In this document: piece by piece, positions 31,081-42,108 of the stretch
Numbering within the stretch: the first letter of the stretch is position 1
Layout: every line of letters begins with the position of its first letter
NCBI GenBank assembly: GCA_965197745.1
Contig: CBDANS010000005.1
Span: forward strand, 96,001 to 160,000
From: Opitutales bacterium
GTDB lineage: Bacteria; Verrucomicrobiota; Verrucomicrobiia; Opitutales; PNEW01
Direction of reading: 5' to 3'
Length of the DNA: 64,000 nt
Notes under the pieces: model-generated
Databases searched by the model: none
What the model saw: the letters and a program-made list of their open reading frames with translations, nothing else
Told to the model about the DNA's origin: nothing
Made by a program: the position numbers and the translations under genes

Positions 31081-33336
31081 TTATACTGCAGCCTCGACAA
31101 CTTCTTCCGGCTGTTCTTCAAGTTCTGTGCCTCCTTCGATAGTAACCATATCCGGCGGAATGTTGGCTATTGCTTCCATCATCGTCGTAGTGCCATCCTT
31201 CACTTTCAGCATACTGTCCTGGTGCAGCGTTTTCATGCCGGTGCGCATCGCAATACGTTTAATTGTCGCTGTTTCCGCGCGATCACTAATGGCTTTTATG
31301 ATATCTTCATTATTGCGCATCAGTTCGTGTATGCCAATGCGGCCTTTATAACCGACGCCGCCACAAGTCGGACATCCATCTTCAGGTGTTTTGAAAATCT
31401 GACCGCTCCATTCAATAGCCTTCTCGATTATCTCCTTCTCATTGCCTTCGGGTTCGTAAGGGATTTTGCAGTTTTTACAAACGCGGCGACCCAATCGTTG
31501 GGCGCATACGACAAGAAGTGAAGCGGATATCATAAAAGGCTCAATACCCATGTCAGTGAATCGAGCAATAGTGCTGGGTGCATCATTGGTATGGAGGGTG
31601 CTTAATAACAAGTGACCCATAAGTGCAGCCTCAACCGCAATTTCAGCGGTTTCCTGGTCACGTATTTCCCCGACGAGGATGACATCGGGGTCCATACGCA
31701 GATAACAGCGCAAGGCCGCCGCAAAGGTAAGACCGATCTGCTTGTGCATCTGCATCTGATTTACACCTGCAAGGGTATACTCAATCGGGTCTTCAGCCGT
31801 TTGAATATTAATATCCGGAGAGGCGATTTCCTGCAGCGCGGAGAATAAAGTCATTGATTTACCGGACCCAGTAGGACCACAGTGTAAAAGCATCCCATAA
31901 GGCTGGCGAATACATTGCCGGTACATTTCAATGTTATAGTCCGAGAAACCTAGAGCGGTAATGGGAAGGGCGGCTTTGGATTTATCAAGAATACGCATAA
32001 CCACCTTTTCTCCAAAGTTCATCGGCCCTATAGCCACACGCAAATCAACATCAATATTCTTTTTGGTGTAATGCTTGAATACGATACGGCCATCCTGAGG
32101 GAGCCGTTTTTCTGCGATGTCGAGATCACTCATGACTTTGAGACGGGCGACGAGTGAACCTGACACTGCTGCTGGCAGACGCAGTTTTTCCTGGCAAATA
32201 CCATCTATTCGGTAGCGGACAAGAAGTTCTTTTTCCATGGGTTCGATATGGATGTCACTCGCGCCTGAAATATAAGCGTCTTCAATGACGCGGTTGGCGA
32301 GTAATATGACAGGGGCGGATTCCTCATCACCTAATTCATCATCGCCAAGGCTTCCTTCCACATTACCATCAGCATCATAGGTCGATCCAATGACATCAGC
32401 TAACTCTGACATCTCTTCTCCCATTTCACCGGGATCCAGTTGGCCTCCATCATCTTTAAAGTATTTCTTAAGCAAACTATCAAAAAAAGAAGCGGGAGCT
32501 ACCGATACTTCTTCAATAAATAATTCTGTAGCCGTAGCAAAACTTTCGCGCCTGGGGTAGTCGAGTGGGTTAGTCATGAGGGCCGCCACGCTGGTGGGAG
32601 AGAGGCGTTTATAGGGTAAGACCCCCTCGCGCTTGATAACCGCGTCACCAACCACTTCGAGAAGTTTTTCATCGATTTGAATTTCTTCTTCTGCGGTGAT
32701 GATACTACAATTTGTAAACTTGGCGATAAACTTTGCCGTTTCAGTATCATCGATTTCAAACTTTGGATCCAGCATGCGCTGAATGAGGGGCGCAGAATAC
32801 TCGGCTACCTCCATCACGACTTGAAGGTCATCGTCACCAAATTCTCTGGTTGCCGCGTCGGGCTCCTTATTAAGCAACTGGATCGCGCCAATTACTTTTT
32901 TCGCTTTCAACGGCACGGTAAGCATCGATGTGACCTCAAACCCTGTGTCTTTCGCCATGGAATACATGGCTTCACCGTTTTCCGAGAGAGAGAAGAAAGC
33001 GGGTTCACCCGAATCGATAACCTGGCCGACGATACCCGTTCCCGAGGGGATTTTCAATTCGAGCAGTTTATTTTGTTTATCAGTAAACTCTTTCTCTTTA
33101 TCCGGATCGCCCTCCCAAAGCGTGGGTGAGTAGTAAACATGCTTAAAGGCAATATCGGTGCCCTCAAGGAGGTAAAGGGTCATGGATTGAGCCTGCAGCC
33201 CTTCTACAACTTTGGTCGCAGTCAGTTCAATAACTGAGCTGACGTCTTCTTTGCTCGGCTGAGGTTTTGAGATGACTTTGAGAAGGAGTGTTCTTCTCAG
33301 GGTCCCCGATAAACCGGGTTGGGATATAGTAGCCAT
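31081..33336 (-). CDS. PilB/GspE-type pilus assembly ATPase with N-terminal GAF domain
   Basis: 'ASDIHIEP', 'RLPQDGR', Walker A 'GPTGSGKS', 'EDPIEY', 'VGEIRD', 'STLHTND', two CxxC; GAF 'GIVGQV...SMLTVPL...IGAIQLLNK...F.DDD'. Confidence 0.93.
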   Translation of the reverse strand: MATISQPGLSGTLRRTLLLKVISKPQPSKEDVSSVIELTATKVVEGLQAQSMTLYLLEGTDIAFKHVYYSPTLWEGDPDKEKEFTDKQNKLLELKIPSGTGIVGQVIDSGEPAFFSLSENGEAMYSMAKDTGFEVTSMLTVPLKAKKVIGAIQLLNKEPDAATREFGDDDLQVVMEVAEYSAPLIQRMLDPKFEIDDTETAKFIAKFTNCSIITAEEEIQIDEKLLEVVGDAVIKREGVLPYKRLSPTSVAALMTNPLDYPRRESFATATELFIEEVSVAPASFFDSLLKKYFKDDGGQLDPGEMGEEMSELADVIGSTYDADGNVEGSLGDDELGDEESAPVILLANRVIEDAYISGASDIHIEPMEKELLVRYRIDGICQEKLRLPAAVSGSLVARLKVMSDLDIAEKRLPQDGRIVFKHYTKKNIDVDLRVAIGPMNFGEKVVMRILDKSKAALPITALGFSDYNIEMYRQCIRQPYGMLLHCGPTGSGKSMTLFSALQEIASPDINIQTAEDPIEYTLAGVNQMQMHKQIGLTFAAALRCYLRMDPDVILVGEIRDQETAEIAVEAALMGHLLLSTLHTNDAPSTIARFTDMGIEPFMISASLLVVCAQRLGRRVCKNCKIPYEPEGNEKEIIEKAIEWSGQIFKTPEDGCPTCGGVGYKGRIGIHELMRNNEDIIKAISDRAETATIKRIAMRTGMKTLHQDSMLKVKDGTTTMMEAIANIPPDMVTIEGGTELEEQPEEVVEAAV

Positions 33337-33516
33337 AATATAATTATTTCAAATTAATATTATAAATATATGATATTAATATATTCGGCAAACGTTCGGG
33401 TATAATTTAAATAAAATTATAATTCAAATTATTTGTAATAACAAATATAAAAAATCGGGAATAAGAGGTTGGCAATCAAGCAAATAAGTAATTGCTTAAC
33501 CATTAATGGCTTGTGA

Positions 33517-34087
33517 ATGGCCCTCTTGTCAATGCTGAAGTTTATTAGTGCTTTTCTGCATGCATGGATACCGCAGGATCCGATAACCGCTCATGAGATT
33601 GGACGATTTGGAGAGGAACGAGCAGTTGATTACCTGAAAAGGGTAAAAAAATATCGTATTATTTGTCGCAATTGGAAATACCGACACGGCGAAATCAATA
33701 TTGTTGCCTGGGATCGTGAGGTTCTTGTATTTCTTGAAGTGCGCGCACGCAGGAAAGGAGCGCTTGTGCCGGGGTACCACAGTGTCGGCCATCAATTGGA
33801 AATACCGACACGGCGAAATCAATATTGTTGCCTGGGATCGTGAGGTTCTTGTATTTCTTGAAGTGCGCGCACGCAGGAAAGGAGCGCTTGTGCCGGGGTA
33901 CCACAGTGTCGGCCATCATAAAAAGAAGGTATTAAGGCGAACCTGTCGGGCCTATATGCAAGGGCTTAGCAGTCCTCCTGACACTTTTCGCTTTGACATT
34001 GTGGAAATGAGGCATGGAGAAAAAGAGGATTACACTATAAATCATTTTGAAAATGTTACACTATTTTCCAAATACTATCGCCCGTAA
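33517..34087 (+). pseudogene. YraN-family protein interrupted by a 124-bp tandem duplication (frameshift)
   Basis: N-terminal 'GRFGEERA..YL' in one frame and C-terminal 'FRFDIV' in another; removing one copy gives a 148-aa ORF. Confidence 0.85.
33669..33916 (+). repeat. Exact 124-bp direct tandem repeat
   Basis: 33669-33792 is identical to 33793-33916 (CAATTGGAAATACC...GTCGGCCAT). Confidence 0.95.
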
Positions 34088-34097
34088 TAAATTATAG

Positions 34098-35645
34098 ATG
34101 ACGGAATCCACTCGACATCCTTTTCTTCAGGGTTTGAGCAAATACCGTGGCGTTTCTCCAACGGTCATTGTCATATTTGGAGCTACGGGAGATTTAACCG
34201 CGCGCAAATTGATGCCCGCAATCTATAACCTCAGCATCGACAATCTTTTGCCAGCGGACTTTTACTTTATCGGTATCGGGCGCAAAAAAATTTCGAATGA
34301 AGGATTCCAGAAGATGTCGAATGATTCGATTGAGCGCTATTCAAGAAGCCCCTTGAATAATGAAGTATGGGAAAGGATCAGCGCCCGGATTTATTACCTC
34401 AGCGGTGATTACGACGATCTTAAAACTTATCAGCGTTTGAAAAAGAAAATAAGCGTTATTGAAAAAGAAGCGGGGCGGGAACTTCAGTTACTTTTTTATT
34501 TATCAATACCACCCTCTGTCTTTGAACCTGTTTTACAGAATCTAGGCGCGAGTGGATTGGCATCCCGAAGTGAAAATAATGAAAAGTCATCGAAGGTGAT
34601 CATAGAAAAACCTTTCGGGCACGATTTGGATTCAGCGCGTAAACTCAATGATGTCATCAGACAGGAATTTTCGGAAAGCCAAGTATTCCGCATTGATCAC
34701 TATCTTGGTAAAGAGACCGTGCAGGATCTACTCGTCCAGCGATTTGCCAATGCTATTTTTGAACCTATTTGGAATCGTGAATATGTTGACTCTGTTCAGA
34801 TCACGGTGGCCGAGGAAATAGGTGTCGGTGGTCGGGGAGGGTACTATGACAAAAGCGGTGCCCTGCGGGACATGATTCAAAATCATACGATGCAACTTCT
34901 CTCCCTCATTGCGATGGAACCCCCGGTCTCTCTTGATCCCGAAGCGATCCGCGATGAGAAGGTAAAAGTATTAAAATCTATTCAACACCTTAAACTTGAT
35001 AAGGAGGGAGGAGACGCCATTCGCGGCCAGTATATTGCAGGGCTGATTCATGGAAAGAAAGTGCCCGCTTATCTCGAGGAAGATGGTATACCCCATGGAT
35101 CTTATACCGACACCTACGCCTCCCTGCGCTTGTTTATTAATAACTGGCGCTGGAAAGGTGTCCCTTTCTATGTGCGTTCGGGTAAACGGATGGCGCGACG
35201 CGTCAGCGAGATAGCCATTCAATTCAAACGCCCGCCCGGTATTCTTTTTACTGAAGACGAGCGTTATGCGGTCGCCTCGAACACAATGGTCATTCGTATT
35301 CAACCTGACGAGGGAATTACCCTGCTCATGAATGCAAAAATCCCTGGGCTGGAAACACGCACGCAACCGGTGAAGATGCATTTTCGTTACGCAACTACCT
35401 TTGGGTCTAATACGCCAGAGGCCTACGAACGCCTTATTTTAGATGCAATGATCGGTGACAGCACACTCTTCATACGCAGAGACGAAACTGAAGCATCATG
35501 GAAAATCATTACTCCTGTCATCGAATTCTGGGAAGGCTGCGGCAATAAAGGGCTTGATAACTATGTAGCCGGCTCATGGGGCCCTGAATCGGCCGACGCA
35601 ATGCTTGCTGAGCATAATCATGACTGGCGCAAGGCGGGCCCCTGA
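34098..35645 (+). CDS. zwf: Glucose-6-phosphate 1-dehydrogenase
   Basis: 'FGATGDL', 'IEKPFG', 'RIDHYLGKE', 'RW.GVPFY.RSGK'. Confidence 0.97.
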   Translation: MTESTRHPFLQGLSKYRGVSPTVIVIFGATGDLTARKLMPAIYNLSIDNLLPADFYFIGIGRKKISNEGFQKMSNDSIERYSRSPLNNEVWERISARIYYLSGDYDDLKTYQRLKKKISVIEKEAGRELQLLFYLSIPPSVFEPVLQNLGASGLASRSENNEKSSKVIIEKPFGHDLDSARKLNDVIRQEFSESQVFRIDHYLGKETVQDLLVQRFANAIFEPIWNREYVDSVQITVAEEIGVGGRGGYYDKSGALRDMIQNHTMQLLSLIAMEPPVSLDPEAIRDEKVKVLKSIQHLKLDKEGGDAIRGQYIAGLIHGKKVPAYLEEDGIPHGSYTDTYASLRLFINNWRWKGVPFYVRSGKRMARRVSEIAIQFKRPPGILFTEDERYAVASNTMVIRIQPDEGITLLMNAKIPGLETRTQPVKMHFRYATTFGSNTPEAYERLILDAMIGDSTLFIRRDETEASWKIITPVIEFWEGCGNKGLDNYVAGSWGPESADAMLAEHNHDWRKAGP

Positions 35646-35718
35646 ATGAAATTATAATAGCCATTGGTATATGATTCATCCCGGCTTATTGAAAATAGAT
35701 AATTAATTTATAATATTA

Positions 35719-36732
35719 ATGTCCTCCTCCATGTCATCATCTCCCTTCGAATCATTACCTGGCGTGCCCTTACCGGTGGCCGACGTGACGGACAGACTGT
35801 CAGAAATGTGGCAAAGTAATGATGATGACGGACCAAAGGCTCTCTCTGAATTTCGAGCTTCACAGATGAATCTCATAATACTTTTTGGGCGTTTAACCTC
35901 GGTTGGGGAAGCCCTCGCTCAGTTTGAAATCGCCATGCGGTTTGCCGAACGTTATCCCTGCAGAATCATAATCCTCTGCCCGATTACCGATAAGTCGAGT
36001 GATAAGCAGTTGAAGGGTAAACTCTACGCGCAGTGCTACATGGGGGCTTCACAGAACGCCAAGACCTGTAGTGAAACGCTCATTCTCGGTTATACTTCCG
36101 AACAGGTTGATTTTCTTGAGAATCAGGTTTCGACGTGGTTGGAAAGTGATCTTCCTCTCTATCTCTGGCTCCACAAGGCTTCAATCCGTCGCCTGATAAA
36201 ATCATTTTCCACGTTCTTTAAAGCCAGCCGTAGAGTCGTCTATGATTACTCCCTGGAAGGGGATACTTATAATAAAATTAAATGGCCTGACTATGTCACC
36301 GTTCGCGATCTTTCCTATTCGCGGACATTGCCCATGCGACAATCCATTGGGCAATTTATCAGCGCTTATCCACCCGAAGTGTTAGTGAAGGGTTTGGAAA
36401 AAGTGGAAATAAGGTATATTGCCGAAAGAGAGGGTGAAGGGCGCGAACTTCTCGCCTGGCATCGATCCAGTTTTGACGCATGCGCGAAGCAGAGCGGGGT
36501 TCAATCGGACAAGAAATAATTTCATGGGCGGAAGATGAGTAATGCTTCTGATGCGGAAATTGGTGTGCATTGGAAATACGATACGGAGGATCGGTATTTC
36601 CATTGGACCGTAATGAAAGAGGCGCATCTGGGAAAAATAGCTGCTAATTTTGGTAGTGGTGATGTGACTTACCCTTTCTCCATTAAGTTCCTCGAACCCG
36701 AAATGGCTCTGGGGGAGGCGTTGTTTTTTTAA
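35719..36732 (+). pseudogene. opcA: OpcA-like G6PDH assembly protein with an internal in-frame TAA (36517-36519)
   Basis: Follows zwf; 'RASQMNL', 'YPCRII', 'DLPLYLW'; the same frame resumes after TAA to '...ALGEALFF*'. Confidence 0.7.
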
Positions 36733-36830
36733 AATTAGGCTATGTTAATAACAGCTCAAAACATCTCTTGACTTGGCAAGACCGCTAAAACAAAAATTCA
36801 TCTCCTCAAAAAAATATTGAAAGGTTCTTC

Positions 36831-37619
36831 ATGCATTCACTTGTCGATTATAATGTCCCTTCAGGTAAGCTGGCTGTCCATTGGTTTGGCCAGAGTTCAT
36901 TTGCTATAAAATCACCCGGCAACACGCTATTGCTATTGGATCCTTATTTTCCGCATGATCGTCCCGCGGATACTTTCATCCATGCCACCCCCCCTCTGGA
37001 TGAATCCTCACTGCCCGTGCAAGGGGTTCTTCTCACCCATGACCATGGCGATCACACCCATCCGGAAACTCTGGCGCGTGTCAAAAAAGCATCTCCTGAA
37101 GCAATTTATGTAGGACCGTCTGAAAGTAGAACCAGAGTGGGTGAGATTGGTATAGGCGGTGATCAATTTATAACCGTTGAGGCTGGTCAATCACAAACCA
37201 TAGGGGATTTGAATATCCATGTCGTTAATGCCAAGCCACCCGAAGGGGATCCTGCCAATAATATCGATCCGCCCGACGTGACCCACATCGGATTTGTGGT
37301 TGAAGGGGATGGCGTGCGCATTTATTTCACAGGAGACCCTATCAATAATTTCGCTGAACATGATGCCTTAATAGAACCGGTTAAAGCTTTAGCCCCACAA
37401 ATCGGGTGGGTAACCTGTCATCCAGAGGAAGGAGAGTTTCCATTTTATGATGGATGTGTGAAACTTGCACAACAGATTGGGCTGGAACAGGTTTTCCCCT
37501 CTCATTACCAGTGTTTTGTTAAACGCAATTACAATCCCCAGGAGTGGGTCTCTCAATTTCCTTCTGGCGGACCGCAAGCACGCACTGTAGAATATAATGA
37601 GAGCGTACTCGTCCCGTAG
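36831..37619 (+). CDS. MBL-fold hydrolase (UlaG-like lactonase family)
   Basis: 'WFGQSSF', 'DPY', 'THDHGDH', 'YFTGD', 'PSHY'. Confidence 0.85.
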   Translation: MHSLVDYNVPSGKLAVHWFGQSSFAIKSPGNTLLLLDPYFPHDRPADTFIHATPPLDESSLPVQGVLLTHDHGDHTHPETLARVKKASPEAIYVGPSESRTRVGEIGIGGDQFITVEAGQSQTIGDLNIHVVNAKPPEGDPANNIDPPDVTHIGFVVEGDGVRIYFTGDPINNFAEHDALIEPVKALAPQIGWVTCHPEEGEFPFYDGCVKLAQQIGLEQVFPSHYQCFVKRNYNPQEWVSQFPSGGPQARTVEYNESVLVP

Positions 37620-37669
37620 TTAGCGGGCGGGAAATTCCCACCTCTATATCCGTTTAACTAATATTAATT

Positions 37670-38680
37670 ATGAAGTCACCCTCTTTCAGGGTTACCGATG
37701 GGGATCGCGAATTTTTTAAACGGGAACTCGAATCATTTACTCCCGACCGACTATATGACGCGCACATGCACCTCGGTTTGCGGAGCGACTACAGTGCCGC
37801 ACACAGTCAGACCTTAACCAACACCCCGGAAGTGGCGGACATGGAAACCTATCGTTCTCATATGGAATGGTTAGTGCCGGGTCGGGAAATTATTGGGGCG
37901 ATGGTACTCCCCACTACGCTGGCGGGAGAAAGAATGGACGAAGGCAATCACTTTGCCGCACGTGAAGCAGCCAAGGACAATTACAGCGGTTCAAGTGTGC
38001 TTATCCATCCGGATATGACAGCGGACAAGCTACGATCAGACATCGAAAGATATAATCCTGTCTCGCTTAAACCCTACCATCTGATGTCCCCACGACGCCC
38101 GACGCAGGATTCTTTTATGACGGAATTTCTCCCCGAACACACGGTAGCAGTCGCCCACGAGGCGAAGTTACCGATAGTCATGCATATGGTTCGCTCTCAG
38201 TCACTGGCCGATATAACGAATCAGCAGACGATACGAACCTACTGCGAAAAATATCCCGATATGCAAATGGTGCTGGCCCATAATGCCCGCGGATTTAATC
38301 CGAGTCACACGATTAACGGAATACACGGTATTGCCGGACTCCATAATGTCTTTTTCGATAACTCCTGTGCCTGTGAATCAGGAGCGGCAGAAGCGATATT
38401 AAATGAATTTGGCCCGAGCAAGCTTATGTGGGGATCAGATTTCCCCTTTTCTCATTTACGGGGGAAAGCCATCGGTGTGAATGATAAGCTTATCTGGTTA
38501 ATGGACGGGAATGACGATTCGAGTCCAGTGATGAAGGAAATGGAGAAAGCATTTACTCTGGTTGGGTTAGAATCTCTTCGCGCCTTAAAATTTGCCTGCA
38601 TGGCGTATAAACTTTCGGATTCAGAGGTGAGAGCAATCTTTTGTGATAACGCGATGGAATTATACAAGAGAAGAAGCTGA
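37670..38680 (+). CDS. Amidohydrolase_2 family metal-dependent hydrolase
   Basis: 'DAHMH', 'LAH', 'MWGSDFP', 'NA'. Confidence 0.85.
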   Translation: MKSPSFRVTDGDREFFKRELESFTPDRLYDAHMHLGLRSDYSAAHSQTLTNTPEVADMETYRSHMEWLVPGREIIGAMVLPTTLAGERMDEGNHFAAREAAKDNYSGSSVLIHPDMTADKLRSDIERYNPVSLKPYHLMSPRRPTQDSFMTEFLPEHTVAVAHEAKLPIVMHMVRSQSLADITNQQTIRTYCEKYPDMQMVLAHNARGFNPSHTINGIHGIAGLHNVFFDNSCACESGAAEAILNEFGPSKLMWGSDFPFSHLRGKAIGVNDKLIWLMDGNDDSSPVMKEMEKAFTLVGLESLRALKFACMAYKLSDSEVRAIFCDNAMELYKRRS

Positions 38681-38746
38681 TAAGAAAACAACTTGTATTT
38701 TTAAGTTAAATTGAATTTTAAATAGACAGGCAGTAAATAAGATACG

Positions 38747-39769
38747 ATGAGCACCCCTAAAACCTTAAAACTTGCCTTTGTCGGTTGTGGGGCCATTGCC
38801 CGCTATCACCTTAACGGGATAAAAGAACATGCACCGGAAATACAAATTACCGCCGCGATTGATACTTTGAGAGAAAAAGCGGAAATTATTGCGGCAGAAA
38901 CGGGAGCCCAGGTTTACTCCTCTTTAGAGGATGGACTCGCGGATGGAGATTTTGACGCCGTCGACCTGATGTTACCCCACGATCTTCACGAGAGTGCGGC
39001 TATCCAGACATTAGAAGCAGGTAAACACCTTGTATTGGAAAAGCCCATAGCACCCACTTTAGAGGCTTGCGAACGTATTTTTTCAGCGGCTAAAAAAGCG
39101 GGTACCGTTTTTATGGTAGCAGAAAACACGCAGTACTGGCCAGAGATAGTTAAAGCTCAAGAATTGATTCGCAAAGGAATGATTGGTGATGTTATTACCG
39201 CACGGGCTGGCTATGAAATGGAATTTAATGATTACTGGTTTAAAGATAAAAAACCATGGCGTTTTGAAAAATCGCGCACCGGTGGTGGCATAGTCATCGA
39301 CGGTGGTGCCCATTGGATACGCCCTTTACGCATGTGGCTGGGAGAAATTGATGAAGTTATTGGCGTGCTGGATAACCCCCTTGAGGAGATGGAAGGGGAA
39401 TCATTGGCCAAAGCTGTATTTCGATTCCAGTCTGGGAAATGTGCCAGTTTTGAAGCGATGATGGTGAAAAACGTAATGGGGCCGAGCACCTGGTTTCGTA
39501 TTACGGGAACACAAGGAGAAATCCATATCGAAGGGGGTTTGGAAGGCAGTATAATCCTCTATGACACCGACAACCGCGAAGGAAAGAAGATGATGGAAGC
39601 ACAAGGCTATCCCCAGTCTTTTGGACCTGAATTAAAAGATTTTGCACGGGCTGTTTTAGATGGCAAACCCCTGGACGCCGGACCCGAACAGGCCTTAGGT
39701 GAATTGCGCACAGCGCTTGCTCTCTACCGGTCAGCTGAAACAGGTCATTGGGAAAAAGTTTGGGATTGA
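38747..39769 (+). CDS. Gfo/Idh/MocA oxidoreductase
   Basis: 'VGCGAIA', 'HLVLEKP', 'GGGIVIDGGAH'. Confidence 0.9.
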   Translation: MSTPKTLKLAFVGCGAIARYHLNGIKEHAPEIQITAAIDTLREKAEIIAAETGAQVYSSLEDGLADGDFDAVDLMLPHDLHESAAIQTLEAGKHLVLEKPIAPTLEACERIFSAAKKAGTVFMVAENTQYWPEIVKAQELIRKGMIGDVITARAGYEMEFNDYWFKDKKPWRFEKSRTGGGIVIDGGAHWIRPLRMWLGEIDEVIGVLDNPLEEMEGESLAKAVFRFQSGKCASFEAMMVKNVMGPSTWFRITGTQGEIHIEGGLEGSIILYDTDNREGKKMMEAQGYPQSFGPELKDFARAVLDGKPLDAGPEQALGELRTALALYRSAETGHWEKVWD

Positions 39770-39848
39770 GACGCTTGTTCAGCTTAGCTATTTTTTTTAT
39801 TCATCTTTAGTAATCGATTTAACCAGGTAATTTAGCTTATAAAAAAAA

Positions 39849-40655
39849 ATGGATACGATACCCGCGATAACTTATCACCAGGTATTGTCTGAGGACATGC
39901 CGATTCGAGAACGTAAAACAGGGGAGGGGGTCCTTTCAGGACAAATTTATCTTAAAGATTTTATCCAACATATGGATTACCTGGCGGAGCAGGGATTCAC
40001 GACTATCACGCATGATCAATTATACCAGTGGCAGATGGGAAAAGAGGAATTAGGTCCTAAACCCATTGTTATCGATTTTGATGACCATTCGATGATCTCA
40101 TATATTAACGCCCTGCCCGTTATGCGGGAGCGTGGTCAGGTGGCGACAATGTATACAATCAGTGGCGTTGCCGATGGCGATCCCACTCTGCCTACCGACA
40201 TGTGGAGTGTAGCGCGCATGCGCTGGCCAGAGTTGGAAATGCTGATCGAAGCCGGCTGGGAAATCGGCGCGCACACGCGCACGCATCTTTACCTCACAAC
40301 CGCACCCGAAGGATCCGAAGGCGACGCGCAGGTTATGCGTGAACTGGTCCAGGGGATGGTTGACATAGAAATTAATCTGGGTGTTACCCCTCACCATTTT
40401 GCCTATCCAAACGGACTTTGGGATGAACGTGTAGAAGTATTAGTAAAGCAGGTTTATAAAACCGCGCGGCATTTCAGGTGCTATGGTTGCGCAGAAAATA
40501 TTTCCAGGGACACCGATTTTTTCCGGCTTCCGACAATGAATGTTAACTACCTCTTGCCCATTGAAGACTTTCAACGGTTGGTTAATCGCCAAGATCCCGA
40601 TTTCTACTATTATGAAGAGTGCCGGGACATCGGGCACGCCGGATCATCCAATTAA
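39849..40655 (+). CDS. Polysaccharide deacetylase (NodB/CE4) family protein
   Basis: 'YH', 'DFDD', 'EIGAHTRTH', 'FAYPNG'. Confidence 0.85.
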   Translation: MDTIPAITYHQVLSEDMPIRERKTGEGVLSGQIYLKDFIQHMDYLAEQGFTTITHDQLYQWQMGKEELGPKPIVIDFDDHSMISYINALPVMRERGQVATMYTISGVADGDPTLPTDMWSVARMRWPELEMLIEAGWEIGAHTRTHLYLTTAPEGSEGDAQVMRELVQGMVDIEINLGVTPHHFAYPNGLWDERVEVLVKQVYKTARHFRCYGCAENISRDTDFFRLPTMNVNYLLPIEDFQRLVNRQDPDFYYYEECRDIGHAGSSN

Positions 40656-40707
40656 TACAGAGGTTTTGATTTTTCTTAAGAAAACCGCGCCGTAATTGCT
40701 GGGAGCC

Positions 40708-40893
40708 TTAACATCTCCTGCAGCGAACGACGTTAAATATCGTGTCCCAATCGCCATCTTTTGCCGTGTAGTCCAGGAGGCATCTGATAGTTTTAGAAAC
40801 ATCGGGCAACTGATATTTATCCTTGATGGTGTTTAACATCTCCTGGGAGTCGGGTTGAATTTCAATAGTTATTTCGATTTTTTCACCGGCCAT
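40708..40893 (-). CDS. Small hypothetical protein with C-terminal CxxC (possible ribbon-helix-helix-like)
   Basis: RBS AAGGA about 6 nt before ATG; 61 aa; ends 'RCRRC'; directly downstream of tyrS. Confidence 0.65.
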   Translation of the reverse strand: MAGEKIEITIEIQPDSQEMLNTIKDKYQLPDVSKTIRCLLDYTAKDGDWDTIFNVVRCRRC

Positions 40894-40929
40894 TATTTTC
40901 CTTTTTTAGTGAGTTAATTATTCTGAAGT

Positions 40930-42108
40930 TCATTGTTTTATTTTTAAAAAAGTGCGTTTGCCACTTTGAATGACTGTTTCGTTTTCAGGGCGATGAATTT
41001 CGGTATTAGGATCCTGACAACGTTCACCGTCAATTTTTACCGCGCCTTGTTCGATCAGTCTACGCGCTTCTTTTTTACTGGGAAATAGCTTAGTCGTTCC
41101 CAGTAAATCTATAAGTCGTGAAGTTTCACTATCGGATAGTGAGGACCAGGAAAAAGAAGGCATCTCATCGGGGATTTTCCCCTCGCTGAATACATTTTCA
41201 AACTGATTGAGCGCATTCTCAGCAGTTGCCTCATCATGTAATTCAGCCGTCAATTGCCGCGCTAAATTTTTCTTTGCGTCCATGGGGTGGTCCCCTTTGC
41301 GATGCCCGATTTCCTCGTCCTCGGCATTGAGCAATAATCGATAGTAATCCCACATTACACTGTCATCAATAGACATGACTTTACCAAATATGTCCCTGGG
41401 ACTATCGTTAAAAGCAATAAAGTTGCCTTCGCTTTTGGACATCTTTTTCGCGCCATCGAGTCCAATGAGGAGAGGCATCGTAAGCACAATTTGCTCACGC
41501 TTGCCTGCTTCTTTTTGCAAGGTACGTCCCACGAGCATATTAAAAAGCTGATCGGTTCCCCCGATTTCAACATCCGCATCGAGAACGAGTGAATCATAAC
41601 CCTGGACTAAGGGGTAGAGAAATTCGATGATAGAAATGGGTGCATTTCCCTCATACCGTTTTGCAAAATCGTCGCGCTCGAGCATACGTGCCACCGTCAT
41701 CTTCCTGGCCAGGTGCAAGGCATCTTCAAAGCTCATTTTACTAAACCAATCGCTGTTGTTTCTCACCGTAGTATGCTTTTCATCTAATACCTTGAAGGCC
41801 TGATGAAGATAGCTGTCGGCGTTTTGTTTAATTTCTTCCTTGGTCAGTACCGGCCGCAAAGAGGACTGGCCTGAGGGATCGCCGATAAGCGTGGTAAAAT
41901 CACCGATTATGAGAACAGCTTCGTGACCAAGATCCTGAAACTGGCGCAGCTTGTTAAATACCACCCAGTGACCGAAAGTGAGGTCGGGTCGAGTAGGATC
42001 CACTCCCAACTTCACGCGAAGGGGACCCTTTTCCTCAAAGCGTTTGGCCAGCTCATCCTCGGTTATGATTTGGTCGGTATTGCGTTTTATTAAATTCAAT
42101 TTGCTCAT
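40930..42108 (-). CDS. tyrS: Tyrosyl-tRNA synthetase
   Basis: 'GVDPTRPDLTFGH', 'YPLVQGYD', 'GGTDQ', 'KMSKS', C-terminal S4 domain. Confidence 0.97.
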   Translation of the reverse strand: MSKLNLIKRNTDQIITEDELAKRFEEKGPLRVKLGVDPTRPDLTFGHWVVFNKLRQFQDLGHEAVLIIGDFTTLIGDPSGQSSLRPVLTKEEIKQNADSYLHQAFKVLDEKHTTVRNNSDWFSKMSFEDALHLARKMTVARMLERDDFAKRYEGNAPISIIEFLYPLVQGYDSLVLDADVEIGGTDQLFNMLVGRTLQKEAGKREQIVLTMPLLIGLDGAKKMSKSEGNFIAFNDSPRDIFGKVMSIDDSVMWDYYRLLLNAEDEEIGHRKGDHPMDAKKNLARQLTAELHDEATAENALNQFENVFSEGKIPDEMPSFSWSSLSDSETSRLIDLLGTTKLFPSKKEARRLIEQGAVKIDGERCQDPNTEIHRPENETVIQSGKRTFLKIKQ

